The notes below the pieces were generated by a model that saw nothing but the letters and a program-made list of their open reading frames with translations, was not told the DNA's origin and did not search any database. A program made the position numbers and the translations under genes. DNA of 64,000 bases from a virus (taxonomy: Duplodnaviria; Caudoviricetes), in the IMG/VR virus record IMGVR_UViG_3300028840_001835; one strand, written 5' to 3'. This document shows positions 16,233-25,163 of the stretch, piece after piece; the stretch's first letter is position 1; each line of letters starts with the position of its first letter.

Positions 16233-16478
16233 CTAGGGTAACCCGGAGTCCTCATCAACAAAAATGGCAAGGGTATCTAATCTCTCTATCATCTTCGTAT
16301 CCCTTTTAGAATCCTTATCATAACGAACAGCAAATGTATAGTAACTTTCCCTCCATCCCTTCAGCCCAGACAACCAGACCAATCTTCTAAAATTTTCCAT
16401 GTCCGCCGCCAGATCGCCGGTCCTATAGACCCTCACCCGCTTGTTCATGATCCCCCTAGGGCACCCAGATATGATCAT
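16233..16478 (-). CDS. Family A paralog
   Basis: RRLVWLSGLKGW. Confidence 0.7.
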   Translation of the reverse strand: MIISGCPRGIMNKRVRVYRTGDLAADMENFRRLVWLSGLKGWRESYYTFAVRYDKDSKRDTKMIERLDTLAIFVDEDSGLP

Positions 16479-16752
16479 CCCGTGCCCTCATCTCTTCCTT
16501 AAATGATCTCAATCTTCTTAGGGCCCCCAGACAGTTTCGATGTTCGATCTTCCCGTGAACATATCGGATCATAAACCTTCCCTTCCATCCACTCTCCAGA
16601 TGCCGCATACCCGAAAGAAACATATATGCCTTCGCCCTCTTTGAATCAGGACCCATGTTGACTGTGAAAATCATATCCATATCATTTCCTTCTATACAAA
16701 TTTTTGAACCAAAGCCTAGTATCGGGGTGATAACTAAATCTTCTCCTTCCAA
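16456..16752 (-). CDS. Family A paralog
   Basis: AYMFLSGM. Confidence 0.6.
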   Translation of the reverse strand: MEGEDLVITPILGFGSKICIEGNDMDMIFTVNMGPDSKRAKAYMFLSGMRHLESGWKGRFMIRYVHGKIEHRNCLGALRRLRSFKEEMRARDDHIWVP

Positions 16753-17059
16753 TTATCCTTATCTTGATCGTCTTTAAAATAAACTCCAGCTGTTTCCTAT
16801 CAACAAGATAACATGGATCGTCATCCTTATCAATCGCAACCTGTTCAATATTCTTTAGAAAAAGCAAAGTATTCATAGGGCTATCCTGCGGTAGACAGAC
16901 CAAGAACTTATGATGGCTCTTATAGAACGTCAGAATTATAAACCCTCGATGCATTGTCCCTTTCCTTTTCATAAAATGAAGTGCACCAACAAGATTCGCT
17001 GAATCATGCGTATTAAAACTTTCCAAAATTCGTTCTCCTGTTTCTAAGAAGATATCCAA
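16682..17059 (-). CDS. Family A paralog
   Basis: TLLFLKNI...DPCYLVD...W. Confidence 0.7.
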   Translation of the reverse strand: MDIFLETGERILESFNTHDSANLVGALHFMKRKGTMHRGFIILTFYKSHHKFLVCLPQDSPMNTLLFLKNIEQVAIDKDDDPCYLVDRKQLEFILKTIKIRIIGRRRFSYHPDTRLWFKNLYRRK

Positions 17060-17256
17060 TGTACCAGGCTATGCCTTCGCAGGGCATGATGCTTCGCTCG
17101 GTCCTTCTTATCATCAAGATCCAGACCCTCCACCACAAAGACTGAGGGAAGTGTTTCTGGTACCACGAACCATGCTTTCAATTGTGAGAGAAAAAGAACC
17201 TTCTCAAATGCCTCCCGTCGGTCTGGCATGACCCTATAACGAACATCATATTTCAT
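17044..17256 (-). CDS. Family A paralog (minimal)
   Basis: KVLFLSQL. Confidence 0.65.
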   Translation of the reverse strand: MKYDVRYRVMPDRREAFEKVLFLSQLKAWFVVPETLPSVFVVEGLDLDDKKDRAKHHALRRHSLVHWISS

Positions 17257-17319
17257 TTTTCTTGTTCCAGAATCCTAAGTTATCATACCCGTTCCAAGAT
17301 TCTCTCAAAAAACAGGCCA

Positions 17320-17547
17320 TTAAGGCATACCCGTATAAGAATAACAATCCTTGATCAATGACTTTAATAATCTGGTATGGGTTCTATTCCCTGGATCATA
17401 AATGACATGATAAGACCCTCCTCCAGATGCCCGAAACTCTATACCAGAGATGAATAACATCTTTCTCATACCTTCGCCTTTCAGAATATCAATAAATATA
17501 CTAATGTGGAAGGTGGCCTCCTTATATCCGGGTCTTACCTTAATCAT
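17320..17547 (-). CDS. Family A paralog (minimal)
   Basis: KMLFISGI. Confidence 0.65.
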   Translation of the reverse strand: MIKVRPGYKEATFHISIFIDILKGEGMRKMLFISGIEFRASGGGSYHVIYDPGNRTHTRLLKSLIKDCYSYTGMP

Positions 17548-17768
17548 TTATTTTTGTTCCATATTCCAGAATCCTAAGTTATCATATGGACCGGGGTCTG
17601 TCCAGAAAAAAGAGGGTATTAAGACGATGAGGGGGTCTGGGTTTTGGGTCTGGGTCCCTCCTGCAAGGCAAGACGTTTCTGGGTCCGGGTCTGGGTCCCT
17701 CGCAAAGCAAGACCATTTCACGACCGCCGAAGAGAACTCTAAACGGTCCCTCCTTTTTCAAAAACGGC

Positions 17769-17958
17769 TTAATTCAGGGTATCTCTCACGACCACCCCGC
17801 TGTCAGGTTCATAGCATGGACCTATGGACCTCTCAATCCTCATCCGTTCTGTATGCTGTTCGGTGTCGTGTTTTATACATTCGGCGATCACGATCAAACA
17901 GACCACCCCCCAGGACGCCAGCAATCACATAAGACATTACCTCCTCCCAGTCCATCAT
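17769..17958 (-). pseudogene. Small membrane-protein gene frameshifted at a G6 tract
   Basis: Removing one base of C6 (17906-17911) gives a 62-aa ORF with a TM segment. Confidence 0.45.
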
Positions 17959-18113
17959 GGCCCTCCTGTGGTGTCGATGGGGAATGTGCAGTGGCGGAGC
18001 CGCTCCTCGAGCACTTTTATTTGAATCTCGCGGTTGTTACACTCGCTTACGAATATCATCACCACGGCGAACAGGATTACAATCCATGCTATGATTAAAT
18101 CAGATTTAGTCAT
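17955..18113 (-). CDS. Small single-TM protein (52 aa)
   Basis: MTKSDLIIAWIVILFAVVMIFVSEC...; SD AAGGAAGG. Confidence 0.6.
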   Translation of the reverse strand: MTKSDLIIAWIVILFAVVMIFVSECNNREIQIKVLEERLRHCTFPIDTTGGP

Positions 18114-18140
18114 TCCTTCCTTTCATGTTTTGTTCTCAAT

Positions 18141-18172
18141 TGAAAATATACTAAAGTTTTGGACTTTGTCAA
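18141..18172 (-). promoter_or_regulatory. Early promoter driving left arm
   Basis: TTGACA-N16-TATATT; near-identical inverted copy at 22554..22585. Confidence 0.75.
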
Positions 18173-18201
18173 CCACCGGATGCTGGGGCCTTGGCGGGGT
18201 G

Positions 18202-18218
18202 GTGGCCGGGCTCTGGGT
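18202..18218. repeat. 17-bp inverted repeat, left copy
   Basis: Reverse complement is ACCCAGAGCCCGGCCAC, identical to 22452..22468. Confidence 0.75.
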
Positions 18219-18387
18219 TGTGTTTTTGATTAAAAAGAAAGGGACCGGGGTGCCTGAATGTAGGGGGTTGGAGGTGGCAGCCCGGTCCCGGTGGGTGCGG
18301 GTGTCGTTCAGTATATCTCCTAGAACGCTTTCATGCCACCCTTTGGCGGGCACCCGCTGATGTGAGATAGGATCTTCCTCGACCTTC

Positions 18388-18585
18388 TCACCATCCTATC
18401 TTCTTTGAAATTACGGCTTTCATGCCGGGGGGTAATCTGGACCCTTTTTCTTCCATCACTTGGATGAAGTATTCGCCCGTGTCCCCGATGAACATAGAAT
18501 CTCCAGACGGGGCGAAGCGGACGAGCCTAAGCATGACCTCATAGTCCATGTTGTCTATTGCCTTTTTTGTGTCTGGCGCTATCAT
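18388..18585 (-). CDS. Hypothetical protein
   Basis: 65-aa ORF, SD AAGGAG. Confidence 0.7.
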   Translation of the reverse strand: MIAPDTKKAIDNMDYEVMLRLVRFAPSGDSMFIGDTGEYFIQVMEEKGSRLPPGMKAVISKKIGW

Positions 18586-18600
18586 GTGATCTCCTTTTTA

Positions 18601-18640
18601 AAAGAAAAGATAAGGGATGAGGGAGCGACCCTCATCCCTG
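18601..18640 (-). terminator. Intrinsic terminator
   Basis: AGGGATGAGGG/CCCTCATCCCT stem followed by TATCTTTTCTTTT. Confidence 0.7.
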
Positions 18641-18867
18641 AACCATGTTACGTTGGTGGGAGGGACGGATCAATTGACTGCACAGTGCTTAACGATTATC
18701 GAGAGTCTAATGTTACAACGTGTGCACCACCCAGAGTAATCATGGTCACCGCTTTGTGAGCGGCTACTTGGTCGCCTCATCATGAACCCGCGAAAGCGGG
18801 CAGATAATAGGAAGTTTAATTATACCCCCAACTAACGACCAAGATTCCTTAAACAGAGAAAGGCCCC

Positions 18868-19047
18868 CTAGTGGAGGGAGCCATCTCGTCTTTGATACTT
18901 TCCATTACGCCGCAGAACCTCATGATAGGTCCTGGACAGCTTTTTGCCATTCTTGATAGTGGCGGTCTCCAAAACCATCCGCTTGACGGCTACGGGAAAC
19001 CCCTTCTTCATTGTCTTGGAAATAACCTTTGTCTCTATTGTTGCCAT
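18868..19047 (-). CDS. Small basic protein (59 aa)
   Basis: MATIETKVISKTMKKGFPVAVKRMVLE...; SD GGAGG; below track cutoff. Confidence 0.6.
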   Translation of the reverse strand: MATIETKVISKTMKKGFPVAVKRMVLETATIKNGKKLSRTYHEVLRRNGKYQRRDGSLH

Positions 19048-19358
19048 TCACTTAACCTCCGTTGATGTTTAATACCCCTAAAAAGACCGTTCTATATTTA
19101 GCCCACCGAACGGCAGGCGGGCCCTATTTGTCAACCGCGGGGCCGCGGCGTCCCGATTTGTTTTGTCTGGTCAGGGTGCCCAGAATTCTTTTAAATAATT
19201 AACGGCCCCCGTTAAGGTGGGGGCGAAACCTTGTCCACATTCAGGGCGGGACACACCTCTTATAAAGGGCCGTTGCCCCTTCGATGCTCTATCTACCACC
19301 AGTGCCCCGCCGACAAGAGCGATGTCGGCGGGGCGATTTGACTGGGCAGTGGCGTCCG

Positions 19359-19766
19359 CTATTTCAGGTCAGCGGTGCCCAGGTAGTTCAGGTGCTCCTC
19401 GCAGAACCTGATATTCTCACCAGAGAGGCTGGAGGCACGAACCTTGGGAACGTGGGTGAGAACCTTGTAGGCACGCCGGGCCTGGGCGCCAGAAAACTTC
19501 TGGGTCACGCCGTTGGCCGTCAGGCTAATAGTGTAACGAGGATGCTTCAGAGCCTTGGACTCTTCCTGCCGCACCTCGATCACGGCGCCAGTTTTGGTTT
19601 TCTGGGAAACGAACCGCAGTCCGCTAAGGGCATTCCCGTCCTTGTCCTTGCCCGTGACTTTCTGGGCCTTGCCCATCACGATGGTCTTGGCCTTGATGCC
19701 GTCCACGATCATCTTGGCATACTTCTGAGCGGCGGACAGGGGTTTGGGGGTTGACTTGTTGGCCAT
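19359..19766 (-). CDS. Basic early protein, first gene of leftward transcript
   Basis: 135-aa Lys/Ala-rich ORF, SD AAGGAGG, consensus promoter upstream. Confidence 0.75.
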   Translation of the reverse strand: MANKSTPKPLSAAQKYAKMIVDGIKAKTIVMGKAQKVTGKDKDGNALSGLRFVSQKTKTGAVIEVRQEESKALKHPRYTISLTANGVTQKFSGAQARRAYKVLTHVPKVRASSLSGENIRFCEEHLNYLGTADLK

Positions 19767-19828
19767 GTTGGCCTCCTTTCGGATAAAGGGTGGTTGATGA
19801 AAAAACTAATTAACTAACTGTTACTATA

Positions 19829-19857
19829 ATTATAACACGAAAAACCCTTTCCGTCAA
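19829..19857 (-). promoter_or_regulatory. Strong sigma70 promoter (leftward)
   Basis: TTGACG-N17-TATAAT with TG extension. Confidence 0.8.
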
Positions 19858-20055
19858 GAAAAAAATGGACTTTCTCCAAAAATAATTAACCCTTATTCTA
19901 GACCGTAAACCGGGGACCTGTTTCATTCATCATAACCCGTTGATCTATAAGGGCTTAGAAGGATCGGGCTCGGGCCCCGGAAATTAGCGGAATTTCGGGA
20001 CCTTCTAGATTCCTGTTTTTGATTCAAATACCGTGATCTGGGGCAGGTTTTTCCC

Positions 20056-20084
20056 TTGAGGTTTATTCAGAAGGTTGTTATAAT
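20056..20084 (+). promoter_or_regulatory. Sigma70 promoter (rightward)
   Basis: TTGAGG-N17-TATAAT; shares an inverted 14-mer GTTATAATTATAGT with the leftward promoter. Confidence 0.75.
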
Positions 20085-20121
20085 TATAGTATAAACAACA
20101 GGTTAACAAAGGAAGGAAATA

Positions 20122-20484
20122 ATGAAACTTGAACTTAACAGCATCCTCGAATGGACCACCGACTCAGGCGATAGCCAGGGAATCGTTGCCAGCCCCTTGT
20201 TTGAATATGATTTCAATAATTACCCCGATGACGCCTTTATCCCCTGCTACAAACTCAAGAGCCTGCGCAGCACCCGGACCCGTCACTGGATTGAGGTCAA
20301 GGTGATGAAGAAAAATCTCAAATGGGCGGGGTTCTACTCGAAACTTGAAAAGATACTCAATGATAGAATGGAGTATAATCGCCAGCGGGCCGCCCAACGG
20401 AGACAGGCACGGAGACGGGATTTCGACCCCGCTGCTTTCACAAGGGCTCTGAACAACACCATCAAGAAATTCAATCTGGACTAA
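20122..20484 (+). CDS. Hypothetical early protein
   Basis: 120-aa ORF, SD AAGGAAGG. Confidence 0.7.
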   Translation: MKLELNSILEWTTDSGDSQGIVASPLFEYDFNNYPDDAFIPCYKLKSLRSTRTRHWIEVKVMKKNLKWAGFYSKLEKILNDRMEYNRQRAAQRRQARRRDFDPAAFTRALNNTIKKFNLD

Positions 20485-20488
20485 TCAA

Positions 20489-20638
20489 ATGAAAGATTTT
20501 TCAATAACTATGATCGGGTTCGGGGTTGCCGCTTCTATAGGTCTCGCCGTGCCCTTCATGGTTATGTACCACGATGTTTATTTCTGTAAAATGATTTTAA
20601 CTTTAATTCAAATTAAACTCAAAACAAGGAGAGCGTAA
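20489..20638 (+). CDS. Small hydrophobic protein (49 aa)
   Basis: Fills the gap; TAATG coupling to next gene. Confidence 0.4.
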   Translation: MKDFSITMIGFGVAASIGLAVPFMVMYHDVYFCKMILTLIQIKLKTRRA

Positions 20639-20907
20639 TGAAAGAACTGGCTAAAATAGTTTCCAAGAATCTGATCGAGATGGGGGCGGACGGGTTCACC
20701 ATCGTGATCGAAAATGACTCGATTCATGTGACCAAGACCGTGGGGTTGGTGGCTTGGATTCTTATAGTCGTGCCCCAGGCTTATTCGTTAGTCAGGCGAT
20801 ATGACATGAATGTGATTCCCCTTGAACCCGAGACCGTCAAGTGCACTGGTTGTATCAAAGAGGCCATTGCCTACTACACCGGGGCCGTAATGATAGGGGG
20901 TAAATAA
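20638..20907 (+). CDS. Hypothetical protein
   Basis: 89-aa ORF, SD AGGAG. Confidence 0.65.
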   Translation: MKELAKIVSKNLIEMGADGFTIVIENDSIHVTKTVGLVAWILIVVPQAYSLVRRYDMNVIPLEPETVKCTGCIKEAIAYYTGAVMIGGK

Positions 20908-21173
20908 TGGACTTTGAACTTGAGGAAAGAAAAGAGAAGGTCAGGAACGCCCAGCGTAACCCCAACACCCTGGGGCCCAACGGGGGCTTCAAGTTAATCT
21001 GGGGCTGGGTCAAACAGGGGGCCATTGACTTCAAACAGTATTTGGAGCTGATCGATGCGGCAACCCCTACCACGGAGCTTTACGAATACAACTGCCCCGC
21101 CTGTAAATGTACGACCACTTTAAAATGTGACCACTGCGGGGACATTATCTTAATTAAAGGGAGGCAGATATGA
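20907..21173 (+). CDS. Zinc-ribbon-containing protein
   Basis: CPAC...CDHC at C-terminus. Confidence 0.65.
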   Translation: MDFELEERKEKVRNAQRNPNTLGPNGGFKLIWGWVKQGAIDFKQYLELIDAATPTTELYEYNCPACKCTTTLKCDHCGDIILIKGRQI

Positions 21174-21409
21174 GAAAACCAACAATCTATGACATAGCCA
21201 GGGCGACCGAGGAGAAGCAGCCCCATTTCTTCACCCGAAAAACTCTCAAGTTCTTCAACCAGACTATGAGGGATTTCTCAGTCTGGAAGCAGGACGGTCG
21301 GGTGTTCATCACCGCCCCAATGAAAGATGGCCGCGGGCACATAATCGGTTATACTCACCGCGAGTTCACCGGGGATGATCTTATTCATTTTAACCCAGAG
21401 GAGGTATAA
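21170..21409 (+). CDS. Hypothetical protein
   Basis: 79-aa ORF, PHFFTRKTLKFF. Confidence 0.65.
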   Translation: MRKPTIYDIARATEEKQPHFFTRKTLKFFNQTMRDFSVWKQDGRVFITAPMKDGRGHIIGYTHREFTGDDLIHFNPEEV

Positions 21410-21410
21410 C

Positions 21411-21638
21411 ATGAACCTGAAAGTTAAAGCAAAGGTGGGGATCGGTTATGATTACAAAAAGAATGAATATGTGGAGGGGATGAAGGAGGTCGAGGTCCTG
21501 ACCATCCATTTCGAGAAGAACACGATGCGGGTCCGCTATAAGGCAGACTTCTGGGGGGATGGTGTGAGGACCCATGTGGACAACATCCCCGCGGACCCGT
21601 TCTTTGAGCAGTATCAAATAAACAAAAAGGAGGCGTAA
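21411..21638 (+). CDS. Hypothetical protein
   Basis: Start MNLKVK after SD GGAGG. Confidence 0.6.
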   Translation: MNLKVKAKVGIGYDYKKNEYVEGMKEVEVLTIHFEKNTMRVRYKADFWGDGVRTHVDNIPADPFFEQYQINKKEA

Positions 21639-21639
21639 A

Positions 21640-21882
21640 ATGATGACACCAAGAGACCCTGATTTTCTGGACCCCGAAATAACCCCAGACCCCATGCAGC
21701 CCGAGTTCTTATTGAGGGCTGGCATGAGCCCCACCCGGACCCCGAAGCTCTGGAGCCTCTTTACGGGCGAGACCCAGGGGAGCCGGGAGCGCGGTCACAT
21801 CACAAGGGACGACATGACCAACCTCAAGATATCCCTGGGCATCACCGAGTCTGTGGATGATTTTCTCAAACAATTAAACTAA
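21640..21882 (+). CDS. Hypothetical protein
   Basis: 80-aa ORF, SD AGGAGG. Confidence 0.65.
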   Translation: MMTPRDPDFLDPEITPDPMQPEFLLRAGMSPTRTPKLWSLFTGETQGSRERGHITRDDMTNLKISLGITESVDDFLKQLN

Positions 21883-21892
21883 GGGGATCAAA

Positions 21893-22174
21893 ATGGAAAC
21901 AATAATCTGGTATAGTATAAGAAATGGTGGGGATGGTTCTGCATTTCCCATCTTTTTTGAATCAAAAGAACTTGCCGAGATCGACCAGGAATATCTGGAC
22001 GAAGGATGGGGCGAGTCTTGCGTTGGTCCCTTGATGATAACTTCCGATGGTCCCATCTCAATAAAGCCGTTCATGACCCAGGAAGATTACATTAAAGAGA
22101 TCGAGGAAGAACTGGAGTATGCGGAATCAGGAAAACTAAGAGAGAAACTTCAGAAAGTAATCGACCTTTATTAA
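21893..22174 (+). CDS. Acidic hypothetical protein
   Basis: 93-aa ORF, NGGDGSAFP...EGWGE. Confidence 0.7.
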   Translation: METIIWYSIRNGGDGSAFPIFFESKELAEIDQEYLDEGWGESCVGPLMITSDGPISIKPFMTQEDYIKEIEEELEYAESGKLREKLQKVIDLY

Positions 22175-22185
22175 AGGAGAACATC

Positions 22186-22353
22186 ATGACAAAAGAAGAG
22201 GCTATTAATTACTGTTATAATCACAGGGATGAATACATTCGGGACTCCGAAAACATTGATCAGGGGATCCGGCAATTCGATTGTCTTATCGCCTGCCTCG
22301 AGTCCGGGACCATAACCCCAGAACAGCTCCCGGACTACGGAATGGAATACTAA
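22186..22353 (+). CDS. Hypothetical protein (55 aa)
   Basis: MTKEEAINYC...; SD AAGGAG; below track cutoff. Confidence 0.6.
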   Translation: MTKEEAINYCYNHRDEYIRDSENIDQGIRQFDCLIACLESGTITPEQLPDYGMEY

Positions 22354-22451
22354 TCGACCTATAATCTAAAGACCCACACACCGCTGATACGCCTCGTATC
22401 AGCGGCCGGGAGCCCGCGCCCCGACCACCATCATTTAAAGCAAGACTCCCC

Positions 22452-22468
22452 ACCCAGAGCCCGGCCAC
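22452..22468. repeat. 17-bp inverted repeat, right copy
   Basis: ACCCAGAGCCCGGCCAC. Confidence 0.75.
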
Positions 22469-22553
22469 ACCCGCAGTTCTCGCTATGGGGACCCCCTTTA
22501 AAACGACCAGCTTTCAACGATTAGGTCCAAAAGTGAGGTCCAAAGAAACTAGC

Positions 22554-22585
22554 TTGACAAAGTCCAAATCTTTACTATGTTTTCA
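22554..22585 (+). promoter_or_regulatory. Early promoter driving right arm
   Basis: TTGACA-N16-TATGTT; near-identical to 18141..18172. Confidence 0.75.
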
Positions 22586-22605
22586 TTAAGAAAGGAGAAC
22601 CCGTT

Positions 22606-22881
22606 ATGACAAACGAAAAAGATCCATGCAACCCGGGTTGCAGTTCATGCAGAAGCAACGATACTGGTCGCTGTAAAAAAACCGCATTCATTGTACATAG
22701 ACCCCATGGCGATGAAACTGTGATGCACTATTGCAGGGATGCGAACAAGAATCGCCAGTGCAAGGACTGGGAGCCACGGACCGTCATGCAGAAACTCGGG
22801 CCCGTCTTAGGGGCCATTGGTCTCTTTGTCGGCGTCCCCGGTGTAATAGTATTATTCTCAGTTCTTGTGGCAGGGCTCTGA
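22606..22881 (+). CDS. Cys-rich protein with C-terminal TM helix
   Basis: CSSC...C...C...C then a hydrophobic tail; SD AAGGAG. Confidence 0.65.
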   Translation: MTNEKDPCNPGCSSCRSNDTGRCKKTAFIVHRPHGDETVMHYCRDANKNRQCKDWEPRTVMQKLGPVLGAIGLFVGVPGVIVLFSVLVAGL

Positions 22882-23068
22882 GATTCAGGGGTGGTCTCGC
22901 AAAATATGGCCCTCGCCGGAGACACGCCGAAATGGTACCGTGGCCGCAGTCATTTCACCCTGATATCCCGGTCCAGGGCAGCCCAGGGCGGTCCTCCGGG
23001 ATATGGACTGATCGGACAGCCGCCGGACCGGTTATTTGGGGTTTTGAGTTATTGAAAGGAGATTCATC

Positions 23069-23380
23069 TTGATTCCTGATTTAAGATTTAAAGTAGTCAC
23101 GGCCACAAGCTGGTTCTTTTACACGGGTTCTGGTTTATGGAGATTGGAGGCTACTTATGAACTCTCTAAACTCTTGTTCCTTAAGGGTATGGGATCTGGG
23201 AGACCCTCAAAAATATCAACATTTTACATATACAATAATCTTGAGGTTGATATGATGCTTGAGATTATTATTCTTTTTCATGAAACGGGTATTACTATAT
23301 TCTCTGGAGGGGGACATTGGGTTCCTTCTTTTATTTCTGCTTATAAACGGCTGGGTGAATGTGAATATGGCACACTTTGA
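23069..23380 (+). CDS. Family A paralog
   Basis: KLLFLKGM. Confidence 0.65.
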   Translation: MIPDLRFKVVTATSWFFYTGSGLWRLEATYELSKLLFLKGMGSGRPSKISTFYIYNNLEVDMMLEIIILFHETGITIFSGGGHWVPSFISAYKRLGECEYGTL

Positions 23381-23678
23381 TATAAGTTGGGACGATGGAA
23401 GGATTGATGCAACACGGATGCTCTATGTGAGGTCTAATTATGATGGGGGCTTTATGATTATCTGTTTCGATGAGAGGGTGGGGAGATTGGCTTTTCTAAA
23501 GGGGTTCCGGGTTGGTTCAAGGAGACAGCGATGGGCAAGATATGATTTGAATTACGATGAGATGTTAGAGATGGTGGGGTTCTGTCGTCTTGTCTGTCCC
23601 GGGGTCTATCTCGCAGATGGAGAATATGGGACGGGGCTGGGGAGGGCCCTGCGGGCCGCCCTGGGAGGGCGGATCTAG
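23367..23678 (+). CDS. Family A paralog
   Basis: RLAFLKGF; start moved to MAHFD. Confidence 0.7.
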   Translation: MAHFDISWDDGRIDATRMLYVRSNYDGGFMIICFDERVGRLAFLKGFRVGSRRQRWARYDLNYDEMLEMVGFCRLVCPGVYLADGEYGTGLGRALRAALGGRI

Positions 23679-23788
23679 GGGGGGTCTATGCAAGTGGGAG
23701 CGGGAGACTGAGACCTTTATGGAGAAGCGGAAGAGGGAGAAGGCGATTAATAAGAAACTGAAGTATCGGGCGATCTCTGAGAGGAGTT

Positions 23789-24106
23789 GTGAGGGTGCCA
23801 CAGAGACGGGTTCACAAGAATAACGCCGAGATATATTTGGACATATTCGATAGAGAATGGAACTGGGTGGCTACACTGTTCCCGTGGATTGGGGAGCATG
23901 GTGTCATAAGGGTCGGTCATGGTGCGGCTCGGGAACCTCTGAGGCGTATCTGTTTTCTACGAGGTCTGAAGTATGATGATAGAATTGATTACCCGATGGA
24001 CATATACCTGAAGGAGGGGCATGGTATCAAAAAATTTCTTAGTGATGTAAGATGGACTTATAAAGGAGAAAAAAGAATTGATGGAAAGGAGATGAAAAAT
24101 GATTGA
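23789..24106 (+). CDS. Family A paralog
   Basis: RICFLRGL. Confidence 0.65.
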   Translation: MRVPQRRVHKNNAEIYLDIFDREWNWVATLFPWIGEHGVIRVGHGAAREPLRRICFLRGLKYDDRIDYPMDIYLKEGHGIKKFLSDVRWTYKGEKRIDGKEMKND

Positions 24107-24299
24107 TTTTCTATTAGTTATGGGAATTCTCATAGGAGCTCAGTGGTTGATGGTGACCCTCTTTACCTTATTCGATGCGTTAGATGAGTTCGATTCAGCG
24201 ATAAAAACACGGAAGGAATTATTGAGACTATACATTCCGCTTGTCTGGGTCGTCTGGTATGCCATAAAGGTGATTAGATATTATAGGAGCCTAGGCTGA
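24099..24299 (+). CDS. Small two-TM membrane protein
   Basis: IPLVWVV; paralog of 25530..25730. Confidence 0.65.
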   Translation: MIDFLLVMGILIGAQWLMVTLFTLFDALDEFDSAIKTRKELLRLYIPLVWVVWYAIKVIRYYRSLG

Positions 24300-24339
24300 T
24301 GTCACGAGGCATAGAGATAACAGTCGAAAGAGAGAAGTT

Positions 24340-24762
24340 TTGATGAAAAAGAGAAAGAAAGTTAAGGCCTATGGAAATTCATTCACGAAGTTTCTACTCG
24401 GTAATGGATTTACGGATAACATGAAATGGATAATTCGAGCAGAAAGTCCAGTCATAACAGATATAGATATCTTTGGGCTCACTTCAAATGTTGGTCGGCT
24501 ATGGACAAACCGATATGATGAGGCATTAAGTAGAATGTTATTTCTACTTGGGTTTGGAAAGAATAAAGTATTGACTACCAAGATGCATATCTGTTATAGT
24601 ATCAATTGTAAGGATCTTCAAAAGTTTCTCTATTGCTATCTAAAGATGGTGAAGGCCAGAGGTTTTGTACAGTTGACGATATGTTTTAATGATGAAGAAA
24701 GTCATAATTTTAAACAGATACCAGTGTGGTGGGAAGATCGCTGTTTAAAGGAGATTTTATGA
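24340..24762 (+). CDS. Family A paralog
   Basis: RMLFLLGF. Confidence 0.65.
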   Translation: MMKKRKKVKAYGNSFTKFLLGNGFTDNMKWIIRAESPVITDIDIFGLTSNVGRLWTNRYDEALSRMLFLLGFGKNKVLTTKMHICYSINCKDLQKFLYCYLKMVKARGFVQLTICFNDEESHNFKQIPVWWEDRCLKEIL

Positions 24763-25163
24763 GAGCTTTCATAGAGAGATCCGAACTAGGTTATTACAAA
24801 TGTAATGTAGATGAAATTCCAGGAATGTTGGAGAAAAAAGGAACTGATGAGATATTTCTTTCAAGATTTCCATTTCGAACCCTAACTGATGTTTGGGTTC
24901 GAATTGAAAAATCGGTCAACAATAGATATAAGATATTTGTACTGGAAGGAGAACTTTCACGATTACTATTTCTTAAAAATCTCAAACCATTTAGATCAAA
25001 AAACGAAAGTGAAAAAGTAGTTGGATACATGATTGAGGAAAAGGACATACGGACGGTGGTGAAGATGCTTCAGTTAATAATGAGAAAGAAAAATGTTGAA
25101 GTCGGTCTCTTTCAGGCCGATCCAAGAATCGTGTCTTGTGGAGAGGTGGATAATGTCGAGTGA
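24759..25163 (+). CDS. Family A paralog
   Basis: RLLFLKNL; start MRAFIE. Confidence 0.7.
   Translation: MRAFIERSELGYYKCNVDEIPGMLEKKGTDEIFLSRFPFRTLTDVWVRIEKSVNNRYKIFVLEGELSRLLFLKNLKPFRSKNESEKVVGYMIEEKDIRTVVKMLQLIMRKKNVEVGLFQADPRIVSCGEVDNVE

Noticed and set aside
18740-18810. Hammerhead-like TGATGAG near a GAAA hairpin
   Set aside because: The core order is wrong; there is no CUGAUGA...GAAA junction on a single strand.
17450-19754. Long plus-strand ORFs 17450..17932, 18034..18360 and 19284..19754
   Set aside because: They are antisense to better-supported minus-strand genes or lie over GC-rich repeats, and lack SD support.
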